A DNA stretch of 40,913 nucleotides. Origin: an uncultured Bauldia sp. Lineage in GTDB: Bacteria; Pseudomonadota; Alphaproteobacteria; Rhizobiales; Kaistiaceae. The notes below the pieces were generated by a model, which worked only from the letters and a program-made list of their open reading frames with translations, did no database searches and had not been told where the DNA came from. Positions 19,025-28,512 of the stretch are shown one piece after another; positions within the stretch are counted from its first letter, which is position 1, and every line of letters begins with the position of its first letter. The position numbers and the translations under genes were made by a program. Location of the stretch: the NCBI GenBank assembly GCA_964611195.1, contig CAZSXA010000002.1, forward strand, positions 1 to 40,913, read 5' to 3'.

Positions 19025-19045
19025 GAAAGAGACAGGTGAAAAGCG

Positions 19046-20704
19046 ATGTATCGCTATGATGAGTTCGACCGCGATTTCGTCACCGGACGCGTTGCGCAGT
19101 TCCGCGAGCAGGTCGAGCGCCGCCTTGCTGGCGAGTTGACCGAGGACCAGTTCCGGCCGCTTCGGCTGCAGAACGGCCTGTACCTTCAGCTCCACGCCTA
19201 CATGCTGCGGGTGGCGATCCCCTATGGCACGCTGTCGCCGGACCAGATGCGGATGCTTGGCCATGTCGCGCGGAAGTACGACCGCGGCTACGGCCATTTC
19301 ACCACGCGCCAGAACATCCAGTACAACTGGCCGGCTCTGAAGGACGTGCCCGACATTCTCGCCGATCTCGCGACCGTCGAGATGCACGCGATCCAGACCT
19401 CGGGCAACTGCATCCGGAACGTCACCGCGGATCATTTTGCTGGCGCCGCTGCCGACGAGATTCTCGATCCGCGGCCCTATGCCGAGATCATGCGGCAATG
19501 GTCGTCGCTGCATCCGGAATTCGCGTTTCTGCCGCGGAAGTTCAAGATCGCCGTGACCGGCGCCGAGCGCGATCGTGCTGCGGTGCAGGTCCACGATATC
19601 GGCGTTCACGCCAAGATCGGCCAGGGCGGAAAGGTCGGCTTTGCGGTCTATGTCGGCGGCGGCCTCGGCCGGACGCCGATGATCGCGCACAAGATCCGCG
19701 ACTTCCTGCCGGAAGAGGATTTGCTCTCCTATATGGAGGCGATTCTGCGCGTCTATAATCTCGAGGGCCGGCGCGACAACAAATACAAGGCGCGGATCAA
19801 GATCCTCGTCCACGAGCTCGGCGCCGACGTGATGCGCGAGAAGGTCGAGGCCGAGTGGGAGCGCATCAGAAGCGGCCCGCTGGCGCTCCCGGCCGACGAG
19901 GTCCGGCGCATCGAATCCTATTTCGCGATGCCCGATCTGCCGCACCGCGCAGATGCCGCCGCCAAGCTCGCCGAGGCGCGCAAGACCGACGCCGCGCTCG
20001 ACACCTGGGTCGAGCAGAATGTCGTCCCGCACAAGGTCGACGGCTACGGCCTGGCGACGATTTCATTGAAGCCGAGGGGCGGCACGCCGGGGGATGCGAC
20101 CGCCGACCAGATGGACGTCATCGCCGACCTCGCCGAGCGGCTGAGCCATGGCGAGGTCCGCGTCAGCCACGAGCAGAACCTCATCCTGCCGCATGTCGCG
20201 CTCGACGACCTGCCGGAGGTCTTCGCCATCCTTCAGGCGAACGGCCTTGCCGCCGCCAATCGCGGCCTCATCACCGATGCGATCTGCTGCCCCGGCCTCG
20301 ACTATTGCGCCCTTGCCAATGCGCGCTCGATCCCGATCGCGCAGCGCATCTCCGAGCGCTTCGCCGAGCTCGACCGGGCCCGCAATATCGGCGAGCTCAA
20401 GGTCAAGATCTCGGGCTGCATCAATGCCTGCGGCCACCATCATGTCGGCCATATCGGCATTCTCGGCGTCGAGAAGAAAGGCGAGGAGTTCTACCAGATC
20501 ACGCTGGGCGGCTCCGGCGACGAGAATACCTCGATCGGCGAGCCGGTCGGCAAGGGCTTCTCGGCCGACGAGGTGGTCTCGGCCGTCGAGACGATCGTCG
20601 ACACCTATCTGGAGAACCGCTCCGGCCCCGACGAGACCTTCCTTGCGGCCGTCCGCCGGCTCGGACGCGAGCCGTTCAAGGAGGCGATCTATGCCCGTCA
20701 TTGA
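19046..20704 (+). CDS. cysI: sulfite reductase hemoprotein (nitrite/sulfite reductase family, siroheme/4Fe-4S)
   Basis: MYRYDEFDRDFV N-terminus. Cluster and siroheme cysteines CCPGLDYCALA and SGCINACGHHH. Two NIR_SIR repeats. Confidence 0.9.
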   Translation: MYRYDEFDRDFVTGRVAQFREQVERRLAGELTEDQFRPLRLQNGLYLQLHAYMLRVAIPYGTLSPDQMRMLGHVARKYDRGYGHFTTRQNIQYNWPALKDVPDILADLATVEMHAIQTSGNCIRNVTADHFAGAAADEILDPRPYAEIMRQWSSLHPEFAFLPRKFKIAVTGAERDRAAVQVHDIGVHAKIGQGGKVGFAVYVGGGLGRTPMIAHKIRDFLPEEDLLSYMEAILRVYNLEGRRDNKYKARIKILVHELGADVMREKVEAEWERIRSGPLALPADEVRRIESYFAMPDLPHRADAAAKLAEARKTDAALDTWVEQNVVPHKVDGYGLATISLKPRGGTPGDATADQMDVIADLAERLSHGEVRVSHEQNLILPHVALDDLPEVFAILQANGLAAANRGLITDAICCPGLDYCALANARSIPIAQRISERFAELDRARNIGELKVKISGCINACGHHHVGHIGILGVEKKGEEFYQITLGGSGDENTSIGEPVGKGFSADEVVSAVETIVDTYLENRSGPDETFLAAVRRLGREPFKEAIYARH

Positions 20705-21443
20705 GGCGGCCGAGATGGTCGCCGATCCCAGCGAGAGCACGGCAGAAAAGGCACAGCGGCTGAACGCGCGCTATAGCGGGCTGTCCGCAGGCGACGTCGT
20801 GGCGCTCGCCGTCGAGGAGCTATTTGCCGGCGGTATCGCGACAGTATCCAGCTTCGGCTCGGAATCCGTGGTCCTTCTCCACCTCGTCTCGGAAATCGAT
20901 CCTCGGGTGCCGGTGCTCTTCATTGATACCGGCCGCCTCTTCGACGAGACGCTCGAATACCGGCGGACGGTCGTCGAACGGCTCGGCCTGCGCGACGTGC
21001 GGACGATCCGGCCCGCCGAGGAGAGGCTGCAGGCGCTCGATCCGGTGAAGGCGCTGTGGATGACCAATCCCGACCTTTGCTGCCGCATCCGCAAGGTCGA
21101 GCCGCTTGGCCGGGCGGTCGTCGGATTCGACGCCTGGTTCACCGGGCGCAAGCGCTTTCAGACCGAAGGACGCGCCGAGCTGCCGCTGTTCGAGGCGGAC
21201 GGCCCGCGCATCAAGGTGAACCCGCTGGCCGACTGGAGCGCGGCGGAGCTGATCGCCTACGCGGAAGAACATGATCTGCCGCCCCATCCGCTGGTGGCGA
21301 AGGGCTATCCCTCGATCGGCTGCGTTCCCTGCACCGACCGCGTCCTCCCCGGCGAAGACAGCCGTGCCGGCCGCTGGCGCGGCAGCGACAAGGACGAGTG
21401 CGGCATCCATTACGGCTTCGAGAGCGACGGAAGCGGGATTTGA
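20691..21443 (+). CDS. cysH: phosphoadenylyl/adenylyl-sulfate reductase, Fe-S (APS reductase-like) type
   Basis: ATG at 20691 with AAGGAGG upstream; overlaps the cysI end by 14 nt. Motifs seen: SFGSESVVLLH, DLCCRIRKVEPL, SIGCVPCT, ECGIH. Confidence 0.9.
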   Translation: MPVIEAAEMVADPSESTAEKAQRLNARYSGLSAGDVVALAVEELFAGGIATVSSFGSESVVLLHLVSEIDPRVPVLFIDTGRLFDETLEYRRTVVERLGLRDVRTIRPAEERLQALDPVKALWMTNPDLCCRIRKVEPLGRAVVGFDAWFTGRKRFQTEGRAELPLFEADGPRIKVNPLADWSAAELIAYAEEHDLPPHPLVAKGYPSIGCVPCTDRVLPGEDSRAGRWRGSDKDECGIHYGFESDGSGI

Positions 21444-21961
21444 GCGAGATCTGGAAGGACGGCGCCTTCGCCGAGGACGAATGGATCATCGTTGCCGATG
21501 GCGAAGAGGTTCCTGCCGACCGGCCGTCGCTGGTCGGCCTGACGCGGTGGCGGGAAGAGCACGACACGCTGGCAGCGCGCAACGCGCCGCTGGGTCTGGT
21601 CTTCGAGCCCGACGCCGAGTGGTCGGACATTGCCGGTGATCTCGACCGCTTTCCGGTAATCGCGGTCAACTTCCCAAAATATGCCGACGGGCGCGGCTTC
21701 TCGATCGCGCGGCTCCTTCGCGATCGCGACGGCTATCGCGGCGAGATCCGCGCCGTCGGCGATTTCTTCCTCGACCAGTTGCCGTATATGCGTCGGGTCG
21801 GGATCGATGCCTTCGCCATCACCGATCCCCATCTCCGCAAGGGCCTGGAACGCGGCGACTGGCCCGAGGTCGCGCACTATCTGCAGCCGGTCGACGCCGC
21901 TGGCGAAGTCCCCGCCGGCACCCGCCCCTGGGCGCGGCGGCCGGCCGATCGGCAAGGCTGA
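21440..21961 (+). CDS. DUF934 family protein (putative sulfite-reduction-associated oxidoreductase)
   Basis: Probable TTG start at 21440 overlapping the cysH TGA (TTGA), giving (M)SEIWKDGAFAEDEW. An alternative ATG at 21398 would overlap cysH by 46 nt. Motif FPKYADGRGFSIARLLR. Confidence 0.75.
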   Translation: MSEIWKDGAFAEDEWIIVADGEEVPADRPSLVGLTRWREEHDTLAARNAPLGLVFEPDAEWSDIAGDLDRFPVIAVNFPKYADGRGFSIARLLRDRDGYRGEIRAVGDFFLDQLPYMRRVGIDAFAITDPHLRKGLERGDWPEVAHYLQPVDAAGEVPAGTRPWARRPADRQG

Positions 21962-21985
21962 ACCCGGCATTCAGCCGGGATTCAG
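21958..21985 (+). terminator. stem-loop at the end of the cys operon (no U tract)
   Basis: CTGAACCCGGC, loop ATTCA, then GCCGGGATTCAG (11 bp with one bulge). It starts on the DUF934 stop codon. Confidence 0.35.
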
Positions 21986-22047
21986 GACACCTCCGACTAG
22001 CATGATGACACCGAGGGGGGCGCCTCAGCTGGAGGAACCCTCGCGTC

Positions 22048-22590
22048 ATGATGAATGTTTCCAGATCGATCGCAGGAGCGGTCGCCCTTGCTGCCGTCGC
22101 CATGCTTCCGGCGACCGCGTCCTTTGCGCAGCAGAACGCCATTCCGAACATCGCGGTGCCGACACCTGGCCCCGGACCCGGTCACCCGGCTCCGCCGCAG
22201 CAAAGCTTCGAGGGCTGCTACTACATCAACCAGGACCTCTACGGCCCGTACCGGATGAGCTTCTGCCTCAGCCGCTGGGGCGGCGGCTCCTATCACGTCA
22301 CCGGCGGCGGCCTGAACTGCAACGGCAACCTCAACTGGAGCGACCGCGGCGGCGAGGCGCGCGTCAACATCCACTATTCATGGTGCGGCCGCGGCGTCGG
22401 CTGGAGCGCCGACACGATGGTGTGCTCGCCGATGCAGGGACCGTGGCAGCCCGGTGGCGGCGGCTTCGGCAACCAGCCGCGGATCGCTGTGCCGGTGCCG
22501 GTCTCGCAGGACCTTCGCTGCGCCTATTATCCCGGCGTCCGTGGTTTCGATGCGGTGTCGGTGATCGCCACCAAGACGCAGCAATACTGA
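22048..22590 (+). CDS. hypothetical secreted Cys-rich protein
   Basis: GGAGGA lies 11 nt upstream. Signal peptide MMNVSRSIAGAVALAAVAMLPATASFA/QQ. Six Cys, Gly/Trp-rich. Internal echo IAVPTPGP..EGCYY versus IAVPVPVS..LRCAYY. GC3-rich codons. No family recognised. Confidence 0.65.
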   Translation: MMNVSRSIAGAVALAAVAMLPATASFAQQNAIPNIAVPTPGPGPGHPAPPQQSFEGCYYINQDLYGPYRMSFCLSRWGGGSYHVTGGGLNCNGNLNWSDRGGEARVNIHYSWCGRGVGWSADTMVCSPMQGPWQPGGGGFGNQPRIAVPVPVSQDLRCAYYPGVRGFDAVSVIATKTQQY

Positions 22591-22598
22591 CCGACTCC

Positions 22599-22626
22599 GA
22601 GTGGCCCGCGTTTCGGCGCGGGCCGC

Positions 22627-22628
<2 letters not shown>
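22599..22628. terminator. GC-rich 12-bp hairpin between convergent genes (candidate bidirectional terminator)
   Basis: GAGTGGCCCGCG, loop TTTCGG, then CGCGGGCCGCTC (one G-U pair). It overlaps the stop codon of the aminopeptidase gene. No U tract on either side. Confidence 0.5.
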
Positions 22629-24021
<1,393 letters not shown>

Positions 24022-24066
24022 CGATCCCCCGTCAGACGAGGGGCCCGACCGGCCGGTCGAGCCCTC

Positions 24067-24087
24067 TTAACCTTCCGTTAGGGTTAA
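24067..24087. promoter_or_regulatory. inverted repeat TTAACC-N9-GGTTAA in the divergent promoter region
   Basis: TTAACC at 24067-24072 and GGTTAA at 24082-24087. TTGACG at 24095-24100 follows. Function unknown. Confidence 0.25.
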
Positions 24088-24107
24088 CAGTTTATTGACG
24101 CGTTCGA

Positions 24108-24947
24108 ATGCCAAACCTCGTTCGCGACGCGAGTTTCCCCATGCCGTTCCCATCCCCGTCGACAGGTCGCATTTCCCGTCCCGGCCGCCTGAAGTCGGCA
24201 TCGATTCTGGTCCCGCTGGCTCTTGCGGTGTCCCTGTCGGCCTGCAGCACATTCCAGAATCGCAACGTTGACCCGACGACGACCGGTGCGATCGTTCCCG
24301 GCGAGATCGGCGATCTCTCCGCGGCGGAAGCCACCTGGGGCGCGCGCTATGCCGAGTCGCCCAACGACGCGATGGTGGCGCTCAACTACGGCTCGATCCT
24401 CCTCGAGATGGGTCGCTTCGAGCAGGCGGTCGCCGTGCTCAGAGACGCAACGCTGGAGCATCCGGAGGACGACGCGATCGGCGCGGCCTATGGCAAGGCG
24501 CTCGCCAATACCGGAGCGCTCAACGAAGCGCTTTCGGTCATTCGCCGCGTCCAGAACCCGGCGCAGCCGGACTGGAAGCTGCTCTCGGCCGAGGCAACGA
24601 TTCTCGACCAGCTCGGGCAGCCGGGCGCCGCACGGCAGCTCTACAATCAGGCGATCGATATCGCGCCGAACGAAGCCTCGCTGTGGTCCAATCTCGGCAT
24701 GTCCTATCTGCTCACCGGCGATCTGGAGCAGGCCGAGGAATATCTACGGCGCGCCGTCGCGCTCCCGAACGCGGACAGCCGGATGCGTCAGAACCTCGCT
24801 CTCGCGGTCGGTCTGCAGGGCCGGTTCGACGAAGCGGAGGAGATCGCGCGGCGCGAGCTCTCGCCGGAACAGGCGGAGGCCAACATCGCCTTCCTGCGCC
24901 GCATGCTTGCCGATCAGGATACCTGGGCGCAGCTCGCCGCGCAGTAG
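24108..24947 (+). CDS. TPR-repeat lipoprotein (TadD-like candidate)
   Basis: Lipobox LAVSLSAC, then several TPR units (ALNYGSILLEMGRFEQAV, AYGKALANTGALNEAL, LWSNLGMSYLLTGDLEQAEEYLRRAV). Alternative start at 24141. Convergent with tadC. Confidence 0.7.
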   Translation: MPNLVRDASFPMPFPSPSTGRISRPGRLKSASILVPLALAVSLSACSTFQNRNVDPTTTGAIVPGEIGDLSAAEATWGARYAESPNDAMVALNYGSILLEMGRFEQAVAVLRDATLEHPEDDAIGAAYGKALANTGALNEALSVIRRVQNPAQPDWKLLSAEATILDQLGQPGAARQLYNQAIDIAPNEASLWSNLGMSYLLTGDLEQAEEYLRRAVALPNADSRMRQNLALAVGLQGRFDEAEEIARRELSPEQAEANIAFLRRMLADQDTWAQLAAQ

Positions 24948-24989
24948 GCGATGGCCTTGGCCGGCGGACGCTTGCCATCCGCGCCGCGG

Positions 24990-25982
24990 CTAGATGAAGC
25001 CTTCTTCCATCAGCTGGATCGCCGCCGGGCCGAGGATCACGCCGAACAGCACCGGCAGGAAGAACACGATCATCGGAACTGTCAGCTTCGGCGGCAGGGC
25101 GGCAGCCTTCTTTTCGGCCTCATTCATGCGGATATCGCGGTTCTCCTGCGCCATGACGCGGAGCGACTGACCGAGCGGCGTGCCGTATTTCTCCGCCTGC
25201 ACCAGCGCGAGCGTCACGGCCTTGACGCCGTCGAGCCCGGTCCGTGAGGCAAGGTTCTCATACGCCGTACGCCGGTCGGGGAGATAGGATAGCTCGGCGG
25301 TGGTTAGCATCAGCTCCTCGGCCAACTCGGTCGACTGCACACCGACTTCTTCCGACACGCGCTTGAACGCGGCCTCGGCCGACATGCCCGACTCCACGCA
25401 GATCAGCAGCAGATCGAGCGCATCCGGCCAGGCGCGTTTGATCGACTGCTTGCGCTTCTGCGCGCGGTTGGAGACGTAGAGGTTCGGTGCGTAGAAGCCG
25501 ATATAGGCGATGAGAATCGCCACGAAGATCTTGAACATCGGCGGCTGAGCGTATTCGCCGATGAAGAACAGGTAGACGATCGCCGCCGCGAACATGATGA
25601 GCGGCAGCGTGACGCGCGCGAAGAGATATACGAACAGCGGCGCCTGGCCACGATAACCCGCAACCCGCAGCCGAGTGATCGTCGCTTCGTCGACGAGCGC
25701 ACGCCGCAGATTGAACTGGTCGACGACGCGGCGGACGGCCTTTTGCGGCTCGACATTGCGAAGACTCACCTGGGGCCGCTTCTGTTCCTCGGCGAGCTTG
25801 GTGCGCTCGCGGGCCCGTATCTCCTCGCGCTCCGTCGCGACCGTCTTGATGCGGCGGCTGAGACGGTCGGTCGACAACAGCGGCATCGCCAAGGTGATGA
25901 TCGTCGCGATCACCGCCAGCGCGGCGAGCCCGGCGATGAGGAACTGAGGGTTGGTTAGGGTGTCGACGATCTGCTCGAGCAT
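24990..25982 (-). CDS. tadC: Flp pilus assembly inner-membrane protein TadC (T2SS F-family)
   Basis: Polytopic protein with a GspF-like domain. Last gene of the cpaF-tadB-tadC series. Confidence 0.9.
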   Translation of the reverse strand: MLEQIVDTLTNPQFLIAGLAALAVIATIITLAMPLLSTDRLSRRIKTVATEREEIRARERTKLAEEQKRPQVSLRNVEPQKAVRRVVDQFNLRRALVDEATITRLRVAGYRGQAPLFVYLFARVTLPLIMFAAAIVYLFFIGEYAQPPMFKIFVAILIAYIGFYAPNLYVSNRAQKRKQSIKRAWPDALDLLLICVESGMSAEAAFKRVSEEVGVQSTELAEELMLTTAELSYLPDRRTAYENLASRTGLDGVKAVTLALVQAEKYGTPLGQSLRVMAQENRDIRMNEAEKKAAALPPKLTVPMIVFFLPVLFGVILGPAAIQLMEEGFI

Positions 25983-25988
25983 GGCGAT

Positions 25989-27008
25989 CTAGAAGTCGAA
26001 ATTGATCATCTTGCGCATCACGAAGATGCCGATCGCCATCCAGAAGGCCGAGGCAATGAGAATGGCGTTGCCCACGGTCTCGGTGAACAGCAGCGTGATG
26101 TAGTCGGGGCTCGTCAGGTAGACGAGGATCATGACGATGATCGGCAGCGAGCCGATGATGAAGGCCGAGGCTTTCGCCTCCATGCTCATCGCCTTGATCT
26201 TGCCCTTCATCTTGGCGCGCTCGCGCAGCACCTTCGACAGATTGCCAAGCGCCTCGGAAAGGTTGCCGCCGGCCTGCTGCTGGATGGCGATCGCAATGGC
26301 GAAGAAGTTCGCCTCCGCGACGGGCACCCGTTCGGGAAGCTCACTGATCGCGTCGGCGACCGACTGTCCCAGAGCCTGGCGTTCATGGATTATGCGGAAC
26401 TCCGAGCGCACAGGTTCGGCCGACTCGTTGGCGACAATGCGCATGCTGTCGTTGAGCGGAAGGCCAGCCTTGACGCCGCGCACGATGATATCGACGGCGT
26501 TGGGAAACTCTTTCAGAAACGCATTGAAACGGCGCTTCCGCAGGAAGTTGACCAGCCAGAACGGAAAGCCGAGCGCGCCAGCGGCGCCGAGACCGATGGC
26601 GACGATCATCGGCGCTCCGGCAAGGAAACCCAGGACGAACATCACGGCGCCGACCATGGCTCCCATCATGAAGAACGCCGCCTTCGACATCGTCAGGCCC
26701 GCCTGTTCGAGACGAAGGTCGAGCGGCGGCGAGGTCCGGCTTCGCGCCTTGGCCCGTTCCTTGATCTCCATCTCGCGGAGAGATTCCTGGACAGCCTTCC
26801 GTCGCCGGGCGGCGTTGTCTTGCGCGCGTGCCGCCGACGGCGCAGCGGCGATGCCCGTCGCCTGCTTGACCTGGCCGAGCCGCTCCTCGGCGAGGTTGTT
26901 GCCGCGGAGGCGGCGGTAGAAGATCGCGTAGGCCATCGCCCCGACGGACAACGCCGCAAGCAGCGCCAAGGCGATCACGGTCATCTGGGGCGTGAGGAAG
27001 TCGCTCAT
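25989..27008 (-). CDS. tadB: Flp pilus assembly inner-membrane protein TadB (T2SS F-family)
   Basis: GspF-like domain. Its ATG overlaps the cpaF stop (ATGA). Confidence 0.9.
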   Translation of the reverse strand: MSDFLTPQMTVIALALLAALSVGAMAYAIFYRRLRGNNLAEERLGQVKQATGIAAAPSAARAQDNAARRRKAVQESLREMEIKERAKARSRTSPPLDLRLEQAGLTMSKAAFFMMGAMVGAVMFVLGFLAGAPMIVAIGLGAAGALGFPFWLVNFLRKRRFNAFLKEFPNAVDIIVRGVKAGLPLNDSMRIVANESAEPVRSEFRIIHERQALGQSVADAISELPERVPVAEANFFAIAIAIQQQAGGNLSEALGNLSKVLRERAKMKGKIKAMSMEAKASAFIIGSLPIIVMILVYLTSPDYITLLFTETVGNAILIASAFWMAIGIFVMRKMINFDF

Positions 27009-28501
27009 ATCCCCACGGGCTCTTCGGTCGTGTCCATCTTGTCGATCGCGGCGGCCAGGCGCTGCTCGAGATTGAAGTAGCGTGCGCGCTCCCAGAAGTT
27101 CGGGCGGCCGATGCCAGTCGACACATGCCGGCCGAGAACGCGGCCCTGCGCATCCTCGCCGCTCATTTCGTAACGCATGAGATCCTGGGTGATGATGACA
27201 TCACCCTCCATGCCGGTCACTTCGGTGATGTGCGTGATGCGACGCGAACCGTCGCGAAGACGGGCGACGTGGATGATGACGTCGATCGAACCCGAGATCA
27301 TCTCGCGAATCGTCTTCGACGGCAGATTGAAGCCGCCCATCGTGATCATCGATTCGATACGGGAAAGCGCCTCGCGCGGCGAGTTCGAATGGAGCGTGCC
27401 CATCGAGCCGTCATGGCCGGTGTTCATGGCCTGCAACAGGTCGAACGCCTCGGGTCCGCGCACCTCGCCGACGACGATCCGCTCGGGCCGCATGCGCAGG
27501 CAGTTGCGGACGAGATCGCGCATCGTCACTTCGCCCTCGCCTTCGATATTGGGCGGGCGAGTCTCGAGCCGAACGACGTGCGGCTGCTGCAGCTGAAGCT
27601 CGGCGGCGTCCTCGCAGGTGATGATGCGCTCGTCGCGGCCGATATAGTAAGTGAGGCAGTTGAGCAGCGTCGTCTTACCGGAGCCGGTGCCGCCGGAGAC
27701 CAGGATGTTGCAGCGCGACCGCGCGATGATCTCCAGGATCGTCGCGCCTTCGGGCGTTATCGTGCCGTACTGCACGAGTTGCTTGAGGGTAAGCTTGTCC
27801 TTGCGGAACTTACGAATGGTGAGCGTCGGGCCGTCGATCGAGAGCGGCGGCGCGATGACGTTCACACGAGAGCCGTCGGGCAGGCGCGCGTCGCAGATCG
27901 GATTGGCTTCGTCGACGCGGCGGCCGACCTGGCTGACGATCCGCTGGCAGATGTTCATCAGCTGTGTGTTGTCGCGGAAGCGGATCGATGTGTTCTGCAT
28001 CCGACCGGCAACTTCGATGTAGGTCCGGTTCGCGCCGTTGACCATGATGTCGGCGATCTCGTCGCGCGCAAGAAGCGGCTCCAACGGACCAAGTCCAAGA
28101 ACGTCGTTGCAGATGTCCTCGAGCAGGTCCTCCTGCTCGGAGATCGACATCACGATGTTCTTGAGGCCGATGATGTCGTTGACGATGTCGCGGATTTCCT
28201 CGCGCGCCGATTCAAGATCGAGCTTGGCCAGCTGCGACAGATCGATGGTGTCGAGGAGGGCTGCGAAGATCGTCGATTTGACGTCGTAGTAGTTCTCGGA
28301 TCGCGCAGAGCGATCGTCCGACGACGACTCGTCGTTCAGCGGCTCGACCTCGAGTTCGTCATAGTCGGGGAGCGGCGGACGTTCCGGTTCGGCCCTCTGC
28401 GGCTCAGGCGCTGGCTTCGGCTTCGGCTTCGGGCGCGACTGGTCGGTCGCCGGCGAAATGCCGGATCCATCCGATTCGGTTGCTCCACGCTTGCCGAACA
28501 T
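27005..28501 (-). CDS. cpaF: Flp pilus assembly ATPase CpaF/TadA
   Basis: Walker A GGTGSGKTT, secretion-ATPase Asp and His boxes (ITCEDAAEL, NTGHDGSMGTLHSN). Pro/Lys/Glu-rich disordered N-terminus. Confidence 0.95.
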   Translation of the reverse strand: MFGKRGATESDGSGISPATDQSRPKPKPKPAPEPQRAEPERPPLPDYDELEVEPLNDESSSDDRSARSENYYDVKSTIFAALLDTIDLSQLAKLDLESAREEIRDIVNDIIGLKNIVMSISEQEDLLEDICNDVLGLGPLEPLLARDEIADIMVNGANRTYIEVAGRMQNTSIRFRDNTQLMNICQRIVSQVGRRVDEANPICDARLPDGSRVNVIAPPLSIDGPTLTIRKFRKDKLTLKQLVQYGTITPEGATILEIIARSRCNILVSGGTGSGKTTLLNCLTYYIGRDERIITCEDAAELQLQQPHVVRLETRPPNIEGEGEVTMRDLVRNCLRMRPERIVVGEVRGPEAFDLLQAMNTGHDGSMGTLHSNSPREALSRIESMITMGGFNLPSKTIREMISGSIDVIIHVARLRDGSRRITHITEVTGMEGDVIITQDLMRYEMSGEDAQGRVLGRHVSTGIGRPNFWERARYFNLEQRLAAAIDKMDTTEEPVGI

Positions 28502-28512
28502 CCGCGCTCTCG

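Noticed and set aside
18927-19139. 70-aa ORF spanning the DUF2849-cysI spacer
   Set aside because: It overlaps the palindromic element and the cysI start out of frame. No RBS. The sequence is explained by the hairpin repeats.
24948-24982. Imperfect stem GCGATGGC..GCCATCCGC between the TPR gene and tadC as a terminator
   Set aside because: The stem is short with a bulge and an 18-nt loop, and there is no U tract. Too weak to call.
28413-28430. Tandem GGCTTC x3 repeat
   Set aside because: It is simply the coding sequence for a (Lys-Pro)3 stretch in the disordered N-terminus of CpaF. It is not a CRISPR or a regulatory repeat.
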